From positions 3,744,001 through 3,808,000 of the forward strand of contig OZ253442.1 in NCBI GenBank assembly GCA_965261085.1: a DNA stretch of 64,000 nt, in the 5' to 3' direction. A program made the translations under genes and the position numbers. The DNA is from a bacterium. Its GTDB lineage: Bacteria; UBA8248. Numbering within the stretch: the first letter of the stretch is position 1; every line of letters starts with the position of its first letter. Shown piece after piece: positions 29,547 through 40,496 of the stretch. The notes below the pieces were generated by a model. That model saw only the letters and a list, made by a program, of their open reading frames with translations, was not told the DNA's origin and did no database searches.

Positions 29547-29749
29547 TCGAGTATACCTCCCACTTCACGAATGTCAGAAATATTATCATATCTATCTGAC
29601 ATATCAAATGTATTCTAGCGATATCGACAAGTGCGAGCACCCATTATTAGTTTCTATCGAAACTACGGGTGGAGTGGTATTAGATTACGCATCGCGCGTT
29701 TGGGACCGACGGCTTCCGTTAGTACGTTTGCGCCTTCTACCAGAAAGGC

Positions 29750-30019
29750 GAATAACAAAAGCAGCCAAAGAGGCTCCTGTTGGGGCTTTTCCCTCCTTTA
29801 TTTAGAGGCGATTTAAAATGGACTTTGGTTATATTCGTTTTTGTGTGCTTGACCTTTGGAGTTTCTGATCTCGTGTTTTGTTTCGTTTATAATCGCTTGT
29901 ACACGAAGGACTTAATTTCGAGCGGATTCAAAGCGAAAAGTGCTCGTGGTAGAGTTTCTATAGATAATGTTTCTGCCTTGTTGAAAATGCCAGTACCTCA
30001 TTATGAGGATGAGAAATGA
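29750..30019 (+). pseudogene. HrgC/DUF2628-like small membrane protein, N-terminally damaged
   Basis: KEAPVG followed in another frame by FPPLFRGDLKW...FVYNRLYTKDLI..GFK. Confidence 0.5.
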
Positions 30020-30405
30020 ATACAAAACATGAAACTTGAACAGAAAAAACTGAGCATGAAGAAGTAACAAAAAAGCAATATGAAGATGCTGTTAAGCATA
30101 TACTGCTGTATATGCTTGACGAGAAAGAACCACTAGAAAAGCGTGTGCCTACTCGTGAAGAACTGAGAAAAAATGGAAGCTAAAGAAGAGGCTGGGAGAG
30201 GAGCAGTAATGACATATGAAGGCCAAGAGGAGAAATCAGTGGCAAAAGACATATTACTTGAAATCCGTGAAACGTATATGGAACCTCCATGTGACATAGA
30301 AGATGAACAACGTGCTGAAGGAATACAAAATCATTTTAGAGATGCATTAGAAAAATTGCCTAAAGAAATTCAAAATGGTTTATCCGATTCAATGGAGCGA
30401 GATAA

Positions 30406-31791
30406 GAGTTACGGTCAAATCTGGTGTATGGCCGTCCTGAATCCAGCGGCCCTCCTGCCCGTTTCTTTTTCGTCCACACCATCGACGAACCTCACGTCGG
30501 CGATCACGTCTGCCAGATGACGGAAGCCGCGTAGCCGGCGCCATCGCTTCTCGGCGCTCATGGCGAGCTGATGAACCAGACTCAGCGCCGTCTTCTCGCT
30601 CAGGCAGTTCCTGGTCTTCGCCGTTCGCAGCCGAATGGTGGCGAAGGTCGACTCGATGGGATTCGTCGTCCGAAGGTGCCCCCAGTGCGCCGCAGGGAAG
30701 TCGTAGAAGGCGAGCAACTCCTCCCGATCTCTCGCCAGGCATTCGGCGGCCCTGGGGTACTTCGCCTCCCAGGTGGCGAGGAAGCGCTCGAACGCCTTGT
30801 GCGCATTCATCCGGGTGTCGGAGCGCCATATCTCATGCAGCATCGACTTCGCTTCGCCCTGAACGCGTTTGGGCAGCTTGTCGAGCACGTTCGCCGTCTT
30901 GTGCACCCAGCAGCGCTGCGCACGGGTCTCGGGATACACCTCGGCCAGGGCCGACCAGAACCCCAGCCCTCCGTCGCCCACCGCCAGCTTCGCCGCTTTC
31001 ACACCCCGGTCCCGCAGGCTCAACAGAACCGCTTTCCAGCTCTCCTTCGATTCACGGAATCCTGCTTCCAGAGCCAGGAAGCGCTTGCGGCCACGCGTGT
31101 CGCAGCCCACCACCACCAACAGACAACGCCGCTCCCCGCCGCGCACGTTCACGTAGATCCCGTCCGCCCACAGATACACGAACTCCTCGCCATGCCAGTC
31201 CCGCTCGCGCCACTGTGCGTACTCGCGCTCCCAGCCCTCCTTGAGCCGCGTGACCGTCGCCGGGGACAAGCCCCTCACCGATTCGCCGAACAGCGCCGTG
31301 AGCGCCTCACCGAAGTCGTTCGTCGATATCCCCTTCAGGTACAGCCACGGAATCACCGCCTCAACACGCCTCGTCTTCTTCAGATACGGCGGCAAAAGCT
31401 CCGAGCGGAAACACCGGCCAGCGCCCGACCTGTCCCGCGTCCGCGGAACCCGAACACGCACCGGGCCGACCCCCGTCAACACCTCCCGCGATGGCAGATA
31501 GCCGTTGCGAACGAGCGCGCGACGGCCCCGTGTGTCTCGCGCGGCCGAATGATCCTCCAGAAAGGCCCCTAACTCCGCTTCCACGGCATACCGGATGATT
31601 CGTTGCGCGCCCTCGCGCACCAGTTCGCTCAACTCGTCCCGAAAGGCTGGATTCATAAAGGGAATCGTCGTATCTTTCTGCATGGTGGCGCATCTCCTAT
31701 GTGCTGAATGACCGGGCTTCTGACAACCCTATTTCAGCAGGATGCGCCGCCTTCTTCAATTCAGCCCATACACCAGATCTGAATGTAACTC
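30406..31791 (-). mobile_element. Intact IS256-family element
   Basis: 26-bp imperfect IRs gagttacggtcaaatctggtgtatgg / ccatacaccagatctgaatgtaactc; flanks gcgagataa / gcgagagataa. Confidence 0.92.
30415..31683 (-). CDS. IS256-family transposase
   Basis: RNGYL, YLWADG, AVGDGGLG, QRCWVHK, RTTNPIES. Confidence 0.95.
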   Translation of the reverse strand: MQKDTTIPFMNPAFRDELSELVREGAQRIIRYAVEAELGAFLEDHSAARDTRGRRALVRNGYLPSREVLTGVGPVRVRVPRTRDRSGAGRCFRSELLPPYLKKTRRVEAVIPWLYLKGISTNDFGEALTALFGESVRGLSPATVTRLKEGWEREYAQWRERDWHGEEFVYLWADGIYVNVRGGERRCLLVVVGCDTRGRKRFLALEAGFRESKESWKAVLLSLRDRGVKAAKLAVGDGGLGFWSALAEVYPETRAQRCWVHKTANVLDKLPKRVQGEAKSMLHEIWRSDTRMNAHKAFERFLATWEAKYPRAAECLARDREELLAFYDFPAAHWGHLRTTNPIESTFATIRLRTAKTRNCLSEKTALSLVHQLAMSAEKRWRRLRGFRHLADVIADVRFVDGVDEKETGRRAAGFRTAIHQI

Positions 31792-32159
31792 GCGAGAGAT
31801 AAGAATGAAATTAAATGTTGGTACAACGTTGTTTTGTTATCTCTAGAGAGTCGTGAAGAACTTAAAATAAGAAAATATAGGTCTCTTTGTTTTGAGGATA
31901 TTGAAGGAAACGTATTCGTTTACGGAGAAAGAGTCTTAATTCAATCATGAGTTAACAAAAATATGCGGATTTAAGTAAATAATTCCCTACCAATTAGCTA
32001 ACGTGATCTCACGCCCGCTGAAAATCTCCCGCCGTCTCTAAACGGACGTTTTATATTTTCCGCGGGGTTTACGACTTGGTTGCCTAGTGCCGTTGATTTG
32101 ATTCGGAAACGCCGCAAACGGGCGATTGTCACCCATGCGTTGTGCATGTTTATCGAGGA

Positions 32160-35100
32160 TCAATCGTATCTCTCTGCGCGCTGCTCAAGCCACTGTAAAC
32201 GACGATCTGTTTCGATGTCTTGATCAGCCTTGATCAGCCTATCGATAATCTCTGGAACTTCATGATAGCTCCCTGTACTTTTGGGACCACAGACCAACCA
32301 AACCAAATCTAGCGTTTCGCGTGGAAATTTCTCCGGTGCTTCTGATGAGGTGATGGCATGAAGACTCCCGTACCCACGATCATATGGAGAGATATAAGGT
32401 CGAAGAAGCTCCAAAGCCGCGGGGAATTCGCTGCCTGAACCAACCGCAAGCTCGATCAAATGAGGGGTAAGCGACACATCCTGGAATTCGCGTTCCATCG
32501 GCCAAATCTTCTCAAAGAACGGGACTCCAAGCTCTCTCCAAGCTATTTCTACACTTTTCTGATCATTTTGAAGCCACATCGCTAGCACTTCCAGCGTGCC
32601 GCAACGGATGGCTTGCGGAGCCTTCCTCAGAACGTTGGCAACTTCAATAGCCGTCAAGCCCCACTGTACAGTATTGTTTCCCTCAAGTTCGGCCAACGTT
32701 GGGCGAAGAATGTTCGAAGCAATTGTGGCAGCATGGTGATCTATCGATTCGCTTTCAACCACGCCTCTCAAGATCGCCTTCCTGAACGACTGCGTGACTT
32801 CGGGCGTGATCGAACCAAACCTCAACATCACAGCGCGTAGTGCCACCCCTCCATTCTCGGCAGCATTGATGCGCGGGCCAAATATATCGACGACGTATTG
32901 CCGATCTATAGTGAGCAAGAATGCTACACTACGCGCTAGTATGGCGCGCCCTAGTTGACCCGCCGCACCTCCAAAATCGCAAATACTCTTTATGAGCCTA
33001 AGTTGAGTCTCTGTAGGCCCGTCTCCTTTTTTCTTGCGCGCTTCAATCTGAAGCAATAGCGTTTGCGAAATCTTCCCTGCCGGGGAATTGATCGCTCTCT
33101 CGTATAGATTGGCCGTGAGATCAAGTAATTCTTCGGGTTGATTCGAAATCGCTTCCAAAAGTTTCACGAGCCAACCATCGACATCCAGGACGCGCTCTCG
33201 CGGTGCGAAGTAGAGCAAGTCGCACAGGCCGGAGACCATTGGCTGCAGGGTATCGGCATCCACTCCATGCAGATGTTCCAGCGCCTGAACTGACAGATCC
33301 TCTCGTACTGCCTTGCTAACCTCATCGCCGAATGCCAGTCCACCGAGAAACTGGTTCCACAGCACTCCGTTTTCTGGCGTTAGTTCTCCTTTGGAAAGTG
33401 AATCGAACGCACCTTGCGGGTCGGATCGGCAAAATGCGGACCAGCCTTGCTGCAAATCGAGGTCAGGACTGCCGGCGAGTTTATGCGCGATCTGAAGACG
33501 ATCATCTTCCAGCGCCTCTACAATCGGCGCAGGATCACCAACAATATCGCGGGCACCGGAGATGTATCCTCCGAAGAAATCCCGATCCTCTACCGCACGG
33601 TTTAGATGGTCGTGCCGTTCGGCTATGGCTGAAAGTTCAGTGGCTCCGACGTTAGATAGAATACCGGCGTCTTGCAACATTTTGAGGCGAAGCCATACCG
33701 CAGAATCGCGTGCATGCGCTCTCCAATCAGTTTCGCCCGGTTCTATGGGGTAGCTGTCGTAATAAGTATCGCCACTTTTTAAAATCCGTTCTTCAACCTT
33801 GTTCACGAGTTCTGCGGATGCTGTCCCCGCCCGTTCTTTCAGCAGAAGCGCAATCTCACGTCGGATCGACCAGAAATCCTGTTCAGAGACCGACAACAAG
33901 ATCGACATCGCCTCGTCCGCATCGAAGAGTGTGGAATTTCGCATCGCGTGCAGACAAAGACGCAGACCGATCCGACCGGGAAGATTCTTCCAACCCGTAA
34001 CAACACTTCTCGTGTGATCACGGTCCGAAATCGCGGCATCGGACAAGGATTCCGTGAGAGCTCGAACCAGATAATTCACACCTTCGCGGTACAGATTCTG
34101 ATCATGGCGTTCAATTGATGGCACTGTGAAATCGTTTTCGTCAAATTCTTCGCCGATCATATCGAGTTCGGTCTCAAGGCTGAGAGCCAAGCGTAGTTCA
34201 GCTGTTGCGAGGTCGAGAATCGCCTTGGCGCGGTCCGGCATCGAACACAAAACATCAACCAACTCCCCCGCGCTGTGTAAATTAGAGATTGTCGTGCGTG
34301 GCCAAATAATGTCGCCAAGTCTTTGGATCGGTTGACCAGCACTCTCTTCACGAGGCTCGCGATGACTTCGGCTTAAAATCAGCCTTGGTGCGATTAGATT
34401 CACGGCTTTTTGTAAATCGCTATCTAGGACCACCCCACTAGCAAGTCGTTGCTTGCTCACATAGTAAGCCAATTCATCGCGCTGCATGGATTCGGCAAGG
34501 CAAAACAGGCGCCACACACGGATCCAGGTTTCGTCCAAACCTTTCACGTGAAGCAATCGTTGTTCGATTTTCTGAGTAAAAGGCTGGCCTAGACGTTCTT
34601 GCCACTCAAGTGCACATTCAAGTCGGTCTCTATTTTGCCAGTCTTTGGCAACCCATGAGGAAATCACCCAAACCTCAACGCCGGACCATAGCCTCTCGTC
34701 CTGAAAGACCTCGAACCATTCGGGATCGACAATTGCATTCAGCGCAACCGACCAGAGATCCCGGTGTCCACCGAAAAGCCAACGTAGTTCTTGCCGAGAA
34801 TCAACATTCGCATCTGCAGCTGGACGTTCTAGAATTTTTCGTGCCCGTTCCCTGCGGGAGCGTTTAGGACGTTCGGCGATCTCCGCCAATGCCGCCAAGT
34901 CGCGCCAAAGGGGCGAGTGGTCGTGTTCCCCTGTTTTGGGATTTACCCTGCAGTAGGGCAACAGCGTCACGGCGAGAGTGCCCCAGGAGCGGGTGGCTTC
35001 CTCCTGGTTATGTTCGTATGAATCGAACGCATAAACCGTTTTGAGATCGGAAAAACGTACCCGGTCCGCTTCAAGCACGTTGAGGAAATAGCGAACCGGC

Positions 35101-35774
35101 GCATCGTTCGCGCTGTATCCCGCGAGCACGATCGCCTTGCAGCGCGCCAGATCGAAAAGAAAGCGCGATGCCCATCCAGAGCGCATATAGGCATCGCCAT
35201 AATCAGCGCTCGTAAGTACCAGCGGAGTGTACTCAAGACCTATTTCGTGATCTGCGAGACGCCCATGAATGTGAATAACGCCTGAAAAAGATGAACTCCC
35301 TGGAGCCGGCAGCGCTTGACCAGCGAAGCTAAAATCTCGGGGTGTTTCATATGGCATGACCTCGACGGCTGCCCGCTCAAGCAGCGTATCGAAATTTGTG
35401 GTGACTACCGTTATCAGGTTGTCGCGATTACGCGACAAGCGAAGGATCGTGCGATGCTGATCCAGACGGGGATGCTCGGGCACTGCGAGCAGTTCCGAGA
35501 CTGTGCGCGTCACTGCGTGGGGGTTCGCCAACCGCCGACTGAGCGATCCCAAGACCTCCTCGAAGCGGCCTGCGTCGAACGCGTATTGCTCCGAGTCTGT
35601 TCTCTCGATCTCTAAGGTCTCGTATGTGCGTTCGACCAACTCCCCAAAATCCGGCATTTGCGGGGCGCTTATCCCTGTGCCACAGAGAAAAACCACTTCA
35701 CCGGCAAGAAGTGAATCGATCAGTTCACCGGGGAATTCAGGACCACCATTTGGAAGGCTAAGGGTCATAACCAT
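32160..35774 (-). CDS. dsr1: SIR2-domain anti-phage sirtuin, Dsr1-like
   Basis: GPEFPGELIDSLLAGEVVFLCGTGIS, TTNFDTLLE, IHIHGRL, LVLTSADYGDAY, GYSANDAPVRY; long helical C-terminus; 1204 aa. Confidence 0.8.
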   Translation of the reverse strand: MVMTLSLPNGGPEFPGELIDSLLAGEVVFLCGTGISAPQMPDFGELVERTYETLEIERTDSEQYAFDAGRFEEVLGSLSRRLANPHAVTRTVSELLAVPEHPRLDQHRTILRLSRNRDNLITVVTTNFDTLLERAAVEVMPYETPRDFSFAGQALPAPGSSSFSGVIHIHGRLADHEIGLEYTPLVLTSADYGDAYMRSGWASRFLFDLARCKAIVLAGYSANDAPVRYFLNVLEADRVRFSDLKTVYAFDSYEHNQEEATRSWGTLAVTLLPYCRVNPKTGEHDHSPLWRDLAALAEIAERPKRSRRERARKILERPAADANVDSRQELRWLFGGHRDLWSVALNAIVDPEWFEVFQDERLWSGVEVWVISSWVAKDWQNRDRLECALEWQERLGQPFTQKIEQRLLHVKGLDETWIRVWRLFCLAESMQRDELAYYVSKQRLASGVVLDSDLQKAVNLIAPRLILSRSHREPREESAGQPIQRLGDIIWPRTTISNLHSAGELVDVLCSMPDRAKAILDLATAELRLALSLETELDMIGEEFDENDFTVPSIERHDQNLYREGVNYLVRALTESLSDAAISDRDHTRSVVTGWKNLPGRIGLRLCLHAMRNSTLFDADEAMSILLSVSEQDFWSIRREIALLLKERAGTASAELVNKVEERILKSGDTYYDSYPIEPGETDWRAHARDSAVWLRLKMLQDAGILSNVGATELSAIAERHDHLNRAVEDRDFFGGYISGARDIVGDPAPIVEALEDDRLQIAHKLAGSPDLDLQQGWSAFCRSDPQGAFDSLSKGELTPENGVLWNQFLGGLAFGDEVSKAVREDLSVQALEHLHGVDADTLQPMVSGLCDLLYFAPRERVLDVDGWLVKLLEAISNQPEELLDLTANLYERAINSPAGKISQTLLLQIEARKKKGDGPTETQLRLIKSICDFGGAAGQLGRAILARSVAFLLTIDRQYVVDIFGPRINAAENGGVALRAVMLRFGSITPEVTQSFRKAILRGVVESESIDHHAATIASNILRPTLAELEGNNTVQWGLTAIEVANVLRKAPQAIRCGTLEVLAMWLQNDQKSVEIAWRELGVPFFEKIWPMEREFQDVSLTPHLIELAVGSGSEFPAALELLRPYISPYDRGYGSLHAITSSEAPEKFPRETLDLVWLVCGPKSTGSYHEVPEIIDRLIKADQDIETDRRLQWLEQRAERYD

Positions 35775-36022
35775 CTCTGAGCAGAGCGCAGTATCATCCG
35801 GTCCGAAACCGGCGGGGTCGGGCTAGTACCGCATGATCCCGATCTGCCCGTAACTGTGAGAGTCATTACAGGAAGCACGAAATAACAATGCAATACACAT
35901 CGGTATAACTCACGGCGGGGCCTTCCACTCTACACTTGTACAATGGCACAACTCATCCGTAATTGCCACGTAGCGGTCCATAGGCTTCCCTCCCGCGGTG
36001 AGGACTTTTCAGTTGGCGGTAG

Positions 36023-36649
36023 TCACTCCGATTGTCTCGCAGTGAGTTCGAAAATCCTTTCTACGGGGAATTCAGCGAGGGTATCCAACGTCTGAACATC
36101 TGTCGAATTCAATCGGTAATCACCTAAAAAGCATTCGATATGGTTTTCGAAAAAACTCGATACACTGCGGCTATAGAAATCAAAAATGTCTTTTGAATTC
36201 AATCCTAAAACTGAGTTTGCAGAAAAAATTCGCATTCCTTTTGACTTGGAATAGACCCAAACAAAGGAAGCTGGTGTTCGAAAAAGCATAGTCTCGCATT
36301 GTAAATGTAGGCGATTCCAATCTGGTTTTGAAAACTGTTGACCAGGTTCCGCTCTCTTAGCTTGTGCCAGGAACCCCTTTTTCGAACGGTAACCTGACAG
36401 ATCCAGGTCGAGGACTCCCATCAGATCCGCGCCGTGCCGTTTCTCTTCGGCGGCGATACCACGACCTGTCCTGAGATTACGATCTTTCCATACTATGCTA
36501 CCTTGAGACTGCGTTACGAAACTGTCCTCAGCTGTGTGAGTTACAATAACCGGAACCCTGGGGGCATCCATCAACTGACTTTCACCATCCGAGCTAAATA
36601 GCCTGTTTTGAAACCGATCTTCAATCGCCCCAAGGATACGATCCGTCAA
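36023..36649 (-). CDS. PD-(D/E)xK restriction-like nuclease, possibly N-terminally truncated
   Basis: EEKRHGADL...KKGFLAQAKR motif; frame extends upstream (ALDAYRENRVVEEPQL) to an in-frame TAG. Confidence 0.6.
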   Translation of the reverse strand: MTDRILGAIEDRFQNRLFSSDGESQLMDAPRVPVIVTHTAEDSFVTQSQGSIVWKDRNLRTGRGIAAEEKRHGADLMGVLDLDLSGYRSKKGFLAQAKRAEPGQQFSKPDWNRLHLQCETMLFRTPASFVWVYSKSKGMRIFSANSVLGLNSKDIFDFYSRSVSSFFENHIECFLGDYRLNSTDVQTLDTLAEFPVERIFELTARQSE

Positions 36650-37017
36650 TTGTGGTTCCTCAACAACACGGTTTTCGCGATAGGCATCAAGCGCTCCGTC
36701 CTATCACAACGACCTAAGAGAACGTGAACCGCACCTTTCTACCGCCCTGAGAAGTTTCGATTGCCATTCTTACCAAGTCCTGCGGCTCGCTCGGCTCAAT
36801 GGATCATGGAGCCTCGCGTGAAATCAATCCAACACACGTCACCGCCTGTCCTTTGATTTAGCAGGCGTGCAGAATTCACAAAGCTGGAGGGGCAGCCGTC
36901 TCAAGTTTCCTGTATTGGACCTCAACATATTCCCCTTGACAGCCATATCTCGCATCCCTACATCGTCTCCGACGGTCCTTGTTCGGAGTGATTGAGTAAA
37001 GGACCTCGTGCACAAGC

Positions 37018-39654
37018 TCAATGTGAACGCATCGCAATCTCGGCTATTCGGTGCACCTCTGTTTTCACGTTTTCGACGGAAGTTGCCGCGTCTCGGATTC
37101 TAGACATGTGCTCCTCGATCACGTTGTTCTTGATTCCGGTCGCGGTCTCTCGCAACTCTACAGGGATTTCGGTCAGGCGCTGGTTGGCCACACCAATGAA
37201 CTCATCAAACACCTCACATCGTGCGAAGATAGTCTTGTGCAATTCGGTCAGTGCTTGCTCCGCCTGTCGATGTGATTCGGAGTGTTTTTTCAGCCACTCG
37301 ACAACCCCTTCGGTGATCGCATGATCAACTTGGAGCGGCATTTCATCCAGGTCGCCAAGCAACTGATTATAGGATTCATCAAAGTACGCTTTAAGTGCGG
37401 TTGCCAGATGGTGTCGTTTCGTCCGAACCGTCCACTTCTCCATAAGCACAAGTCGTAGCGCCCACCGAAGGTTTTCATTCCTCGCACCGGTAACAATATA
37501 TACGAGCGCCAAGACGAAGACTGACGACAATGCGCCGACTAAAACCGATTCAAATAGCCCATTCGGCAAGACTGACAATAGGACCTCAAATTGACTGGGC
37601 GCAAACTCGGCAAAGGCAAACAGCAAAACCGAGAAGGAAAAGGCAACCAAGGCAAAGCGACCAACCAAAGTCGCCCTCGCCCTCCAGATCCGCATCTTCG
37701 AACTGGCAACTCGCGCTCGCTCCGCGCTAACTTCCTGGACGTAACGGTCGACACTTTCTGACAAGCTCGAAAGAAACTCATCGACTCTCTGCTGGCAGAC
37801 GACGTTGATGCGATTTACCACAAGCTTACGGTATCCTTCGCCGAATCCGCTATCGCTGAGTGACGTTTCTTCGTCGTCATCCATAGACGGTTCCAAATCC
37901 TCGGGCTCCTCACGACGTAGAAGCCTCAGGCGTTCCTTGCAATTCTCGGAGCTCTGTGAAATGGCAGTGAAACCAAGGCAGTTCAGGGCATCGATGGACT
38001 CTGCGTGCACAGCCTGCTCTCCTGACTCGTCGAACCCCACGAAACCATGTTCCCGAAGCAGATCGCTTGAGCTAGGCGCTGAAATGTACGCGTAGAAGGA
38101 TTTGACACTGTCATCGTGTCTGCTTTGGAATCTTTCGAGGGAAGATTCAATATCGCGAGCGCTCGAACCAATTTCCCCAGCTTCCGATGTGCTTCGCAAA
38201 TGTTGAGTGGAACTGGCGACAGCCGCTGTGAGTTGTTGATTGACGATCCGAAGAATGCCCCGTGCGCACCTCGTCGATGCACCCGCAAGTCCGGATTCGT
38301 CACCGCTTACATCGACCTGACTGCCAAGGAACTCTTTCGCGTCCACTCCGCCCTTCGTTGGAAACCAACCGCGTGTCCTCCCCATGTAGTGTCTTCGCAC
38401 CCGACGCCACGTAGGCGCGCGCACGCTGCTGAGTTGTCGCTTCAGGGCACCCCTAATTTCTTCCTCGATCTTACGGAGCGTTGGTTCCTGGGTTTCATTG
38501 ATCGCCTGTGGCGTTACAATTGCCTCTACCGCGACAGACCCAGTTGGTATGGTTTGACGCGCGTCGTGCAGCCTCTGCCGGACGGACGCGAAGGAAGACT
38601 CAAGGGACTGGATAAGCTCTTCCACTGCTGTCGCCGTTCCATCAGCACGTCTCTGAGCCTCGCTAAGCAGGCGATTTAGATTTTCGCTACGGGTAGAAAT
38701 GTACGTTAGCAACACACCGAGCGCATCGGCGGCGGTCGCTAGAACATAGCGCCCTTGGGCTTGTCTTATACGCGATCTGTGCTCATCATCAGTGACGATT
38801 GGTAGCAATGCGTTTCTAACCTGTTCTACTCTGAATCCTTCCTTTGAGTCCACGAAGAACCGTTGCGCGGTTTGAAATCTATCAAGGTGATTTTGGAATC
38901 TGGAGTCCCTCCTTAACCTTTCTATGGCTTCGTCCCAGAATGCCTCTGCGTGGTTTGCTTGCCATCCCGTCTCGAAGCTAGCCGTGCGTGACGTCAAAAA
39001 TTCTTCCGCGCTGGTAACAACAATGAGCTTCGGTACATCAGAGAGTTTGTTGAACGCTGTATCTAACAGCTCAAAGTCCTTTTCCTTGTCTGCGAACGGG
39101 CGTCGGCCATCGATCGTGATTACAAGGACGTGACAAAGGTGTAGGAACCGGGTCACGGCTTCATGTTCTGCCGCCTCGTTGCCGAGGCCTGGAGTGTCAA
39201 CCAGGGTCGCATGTTCCAAAAATTCCAAGGCAGGTCCGTGGACAACGTCCACAGTGTCGATGCTTGTATATGCGGACTGCCTTATCGAGTGGGCGTGGTC
39301 GCGGTGCGAAATCAGCGTGATCTTCGTATCCGTCGGGTGCAGCCCAACGTCCCGCTTGTATCCGGGATTTTGAGCAGATGAAATGCCGAGTAGTGCATTG
39401 ATCAGACTCGATTTTCCTGAGCTAAAGTGCCCAAGAAAGCCTACCAACGCGATACTCTCCGATTGGCTCAGCAAGTCCGGAATAGACTTGGCGATGTTAT
39501 GGAGCTGAGTCCAGGCACGACATCGCTCAAGATACTCCAACGTCGTGGCGGGGGAGTCGAGTAAGTCTTCATCGATATTTAGTATCGACAGGGACTCCGA
39601 GTTATCGAGCGCACCCACCGCCTGATAAAGAGACTCCAGCGTCTGCTCAAACAT
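37018..39654 (-). CDS. Dynamin-like GTPase with coiled-coil stalk and two transmembrane helices
   Basis: G1 GHFSSGKS, G2 HPTDT, G3 LVDTPGLG; hydrophobic hairpin FALVAFSFSVLLFAFA / VLVGALSSVFVLALVYIV. Confidence 0.82.
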   Translation of the reverse strand: MFEQTLESLYQAVGALDNSESLSILNIDEDLLDSPATTLEYLERCRAWTQLHNIAKSIPDLLSQSESIALVGFLGHFSSGKSSLINALLGISSAQNPGYKRDVGLHPTDTKITLISHRDHAHSIRQSAYTSIDTVDVVHGPALEFLEHATLVDTPGLGNEAAEHEAVTRFLHLCHVLVITIDGRRPFADKEKDFELLDTAFNKLSDVPKLIVVTSAEEFLTSRTASFETGWQANHAEAFWDEAIERLRRDSRFQNHLDRFQTAQRFFVDSKEGFRVEQVRNALLPIVTDDEHRSRIRQAQGRYVLATAADALGVLLTYISTRSENLNRLLSEAQRRADGTATAVEELIQSLESSFASVRQRLHDARQTIPTGSVAVEAIVTPQAINETQEPTLRKIEEEIRGALKRQLSSVRAPTWRRVRRHYMGRTRGWFPTKGGVDAKEFLGSQVDVSGDESGLAGASTRCARGILRIVNQQLTAAVASSTQHLRSTSEAGEIGSSARDIESSLERFQSRHDDSVKSFYAYISAPSSSDLLREHGFVGFDESGEQAVHAESIDALNCLGFTAISQSSENCKERLRLLRREEPEDLEPSMDDDEETSLSDSGFGEGYRKLVVNRINVVCQQRVDEFLSSLSESVDRYVQEVSAERARVASSKMRIWRARATLVGRFALVAFSFSVLLFAFAEFAPSQFEVLLSVLPNGLFESVLVGALSSVFVLALVYIVTGARNENLRWALRLVLMEKWTVRTKRHHLATALKAYFDESYNQLLGDLDEMPLQVDHAITEGVVEWLKKHSESHRQAEQALTELHKTIFARCEVFDEFIGVANQRLTEIPVELRETATGIKNNVIEEHMSRIRDAATSVENVKTEVHRIAEIAMRSH

Positions 39655-39714
39655 TCACTTTCCCAGAAGTAGACCCTTCGCTGCTGCAAAAGCGCTCTGA
39701 CTATGCATTCACTC

Positions 39715-40052
39715 GCACACGACACCGTCGCCGTCGCGGTCGGCCAGATCAGCCACGGTCGCTTCGAGCTTGGGCTCCGTCTCGACAGGCGTCAGACCAG
39801 CCTTGATGCATGCGATGAGCTTGGCGGCGTCCTTACGGGCTTGATCGGGTGCCACATCCCTGTGCCAGCCGACGGTGACGCGCTTCGACTTGCCGTTCGC
39901 CCGGACCTGCACCACATAGACCTTGAGCCCGCTGGGGTACACACGAAGACCGAAGCCGGAAGCTCGCTATTCCAAAAAACGCGTCCTTGCCGTCGACGGA
40001 GAGGCGGTCCACGATACGCTTGGAGAGCGTTCGGTACTGGCGTTCGGGCATG
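39715..40052 (-). pseudogene. Integrase arm-binding N-terminal remnant
   Basis: MPERQYRTLSKRIVDRLSVDGKD then, frameshifted, YPSGLKVYVVQVR...KRVTVG...ATVADLA. Confidence 0.8.
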
Positions 40053-40496
40053 TCCTCGTTCCTGCGATAGGGGTCGTCATGCCGGAGCGCGGATTGAGGG
40101 CCTCGATGTGGTGAATTCTCGCGTAAGCAATCCAAAAGCAACCGGCTGAAATTCGAGGTGCATTGAAGCGCATCGGAGGCGAGAATGCAAGGGGCAGAGT
40201 GGGCCGTGAAATTTTGGAATATAAATTATTTACAACAACTTATATCGGATGAGCCCAGGTCAGCGCATGCCAGCGCAGGTCGCGCCGCTCGGCGGTCTCG
40301 CGCGCCAGCGTCCCGCCGAGCGTCAGCCAGCCGGCTGAGCGGGATGGAATCGACGGTTGGTTCAGGATGGGTTATAGGTACCTCCTCTAGTGGATTGGAT
40401 GGGAAAGCTCTAAATCCCTCTCTGGTCTTCCCGGGTTCGCTCCGAGCCCGCCCGCTCCCTCACACCCCCAGTAGTAGTGGAGGCTCAACGAGCGGG

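Larger units (their letters stand above)
30209..31950 (+). pseudogene. AT-rich hypothetical gene split by IS256
   Basis: Removing the IS joins ...LSDSMERDK to NEIKCWYNVVLL...VLIQS* in frame. Confidence 0.65.
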
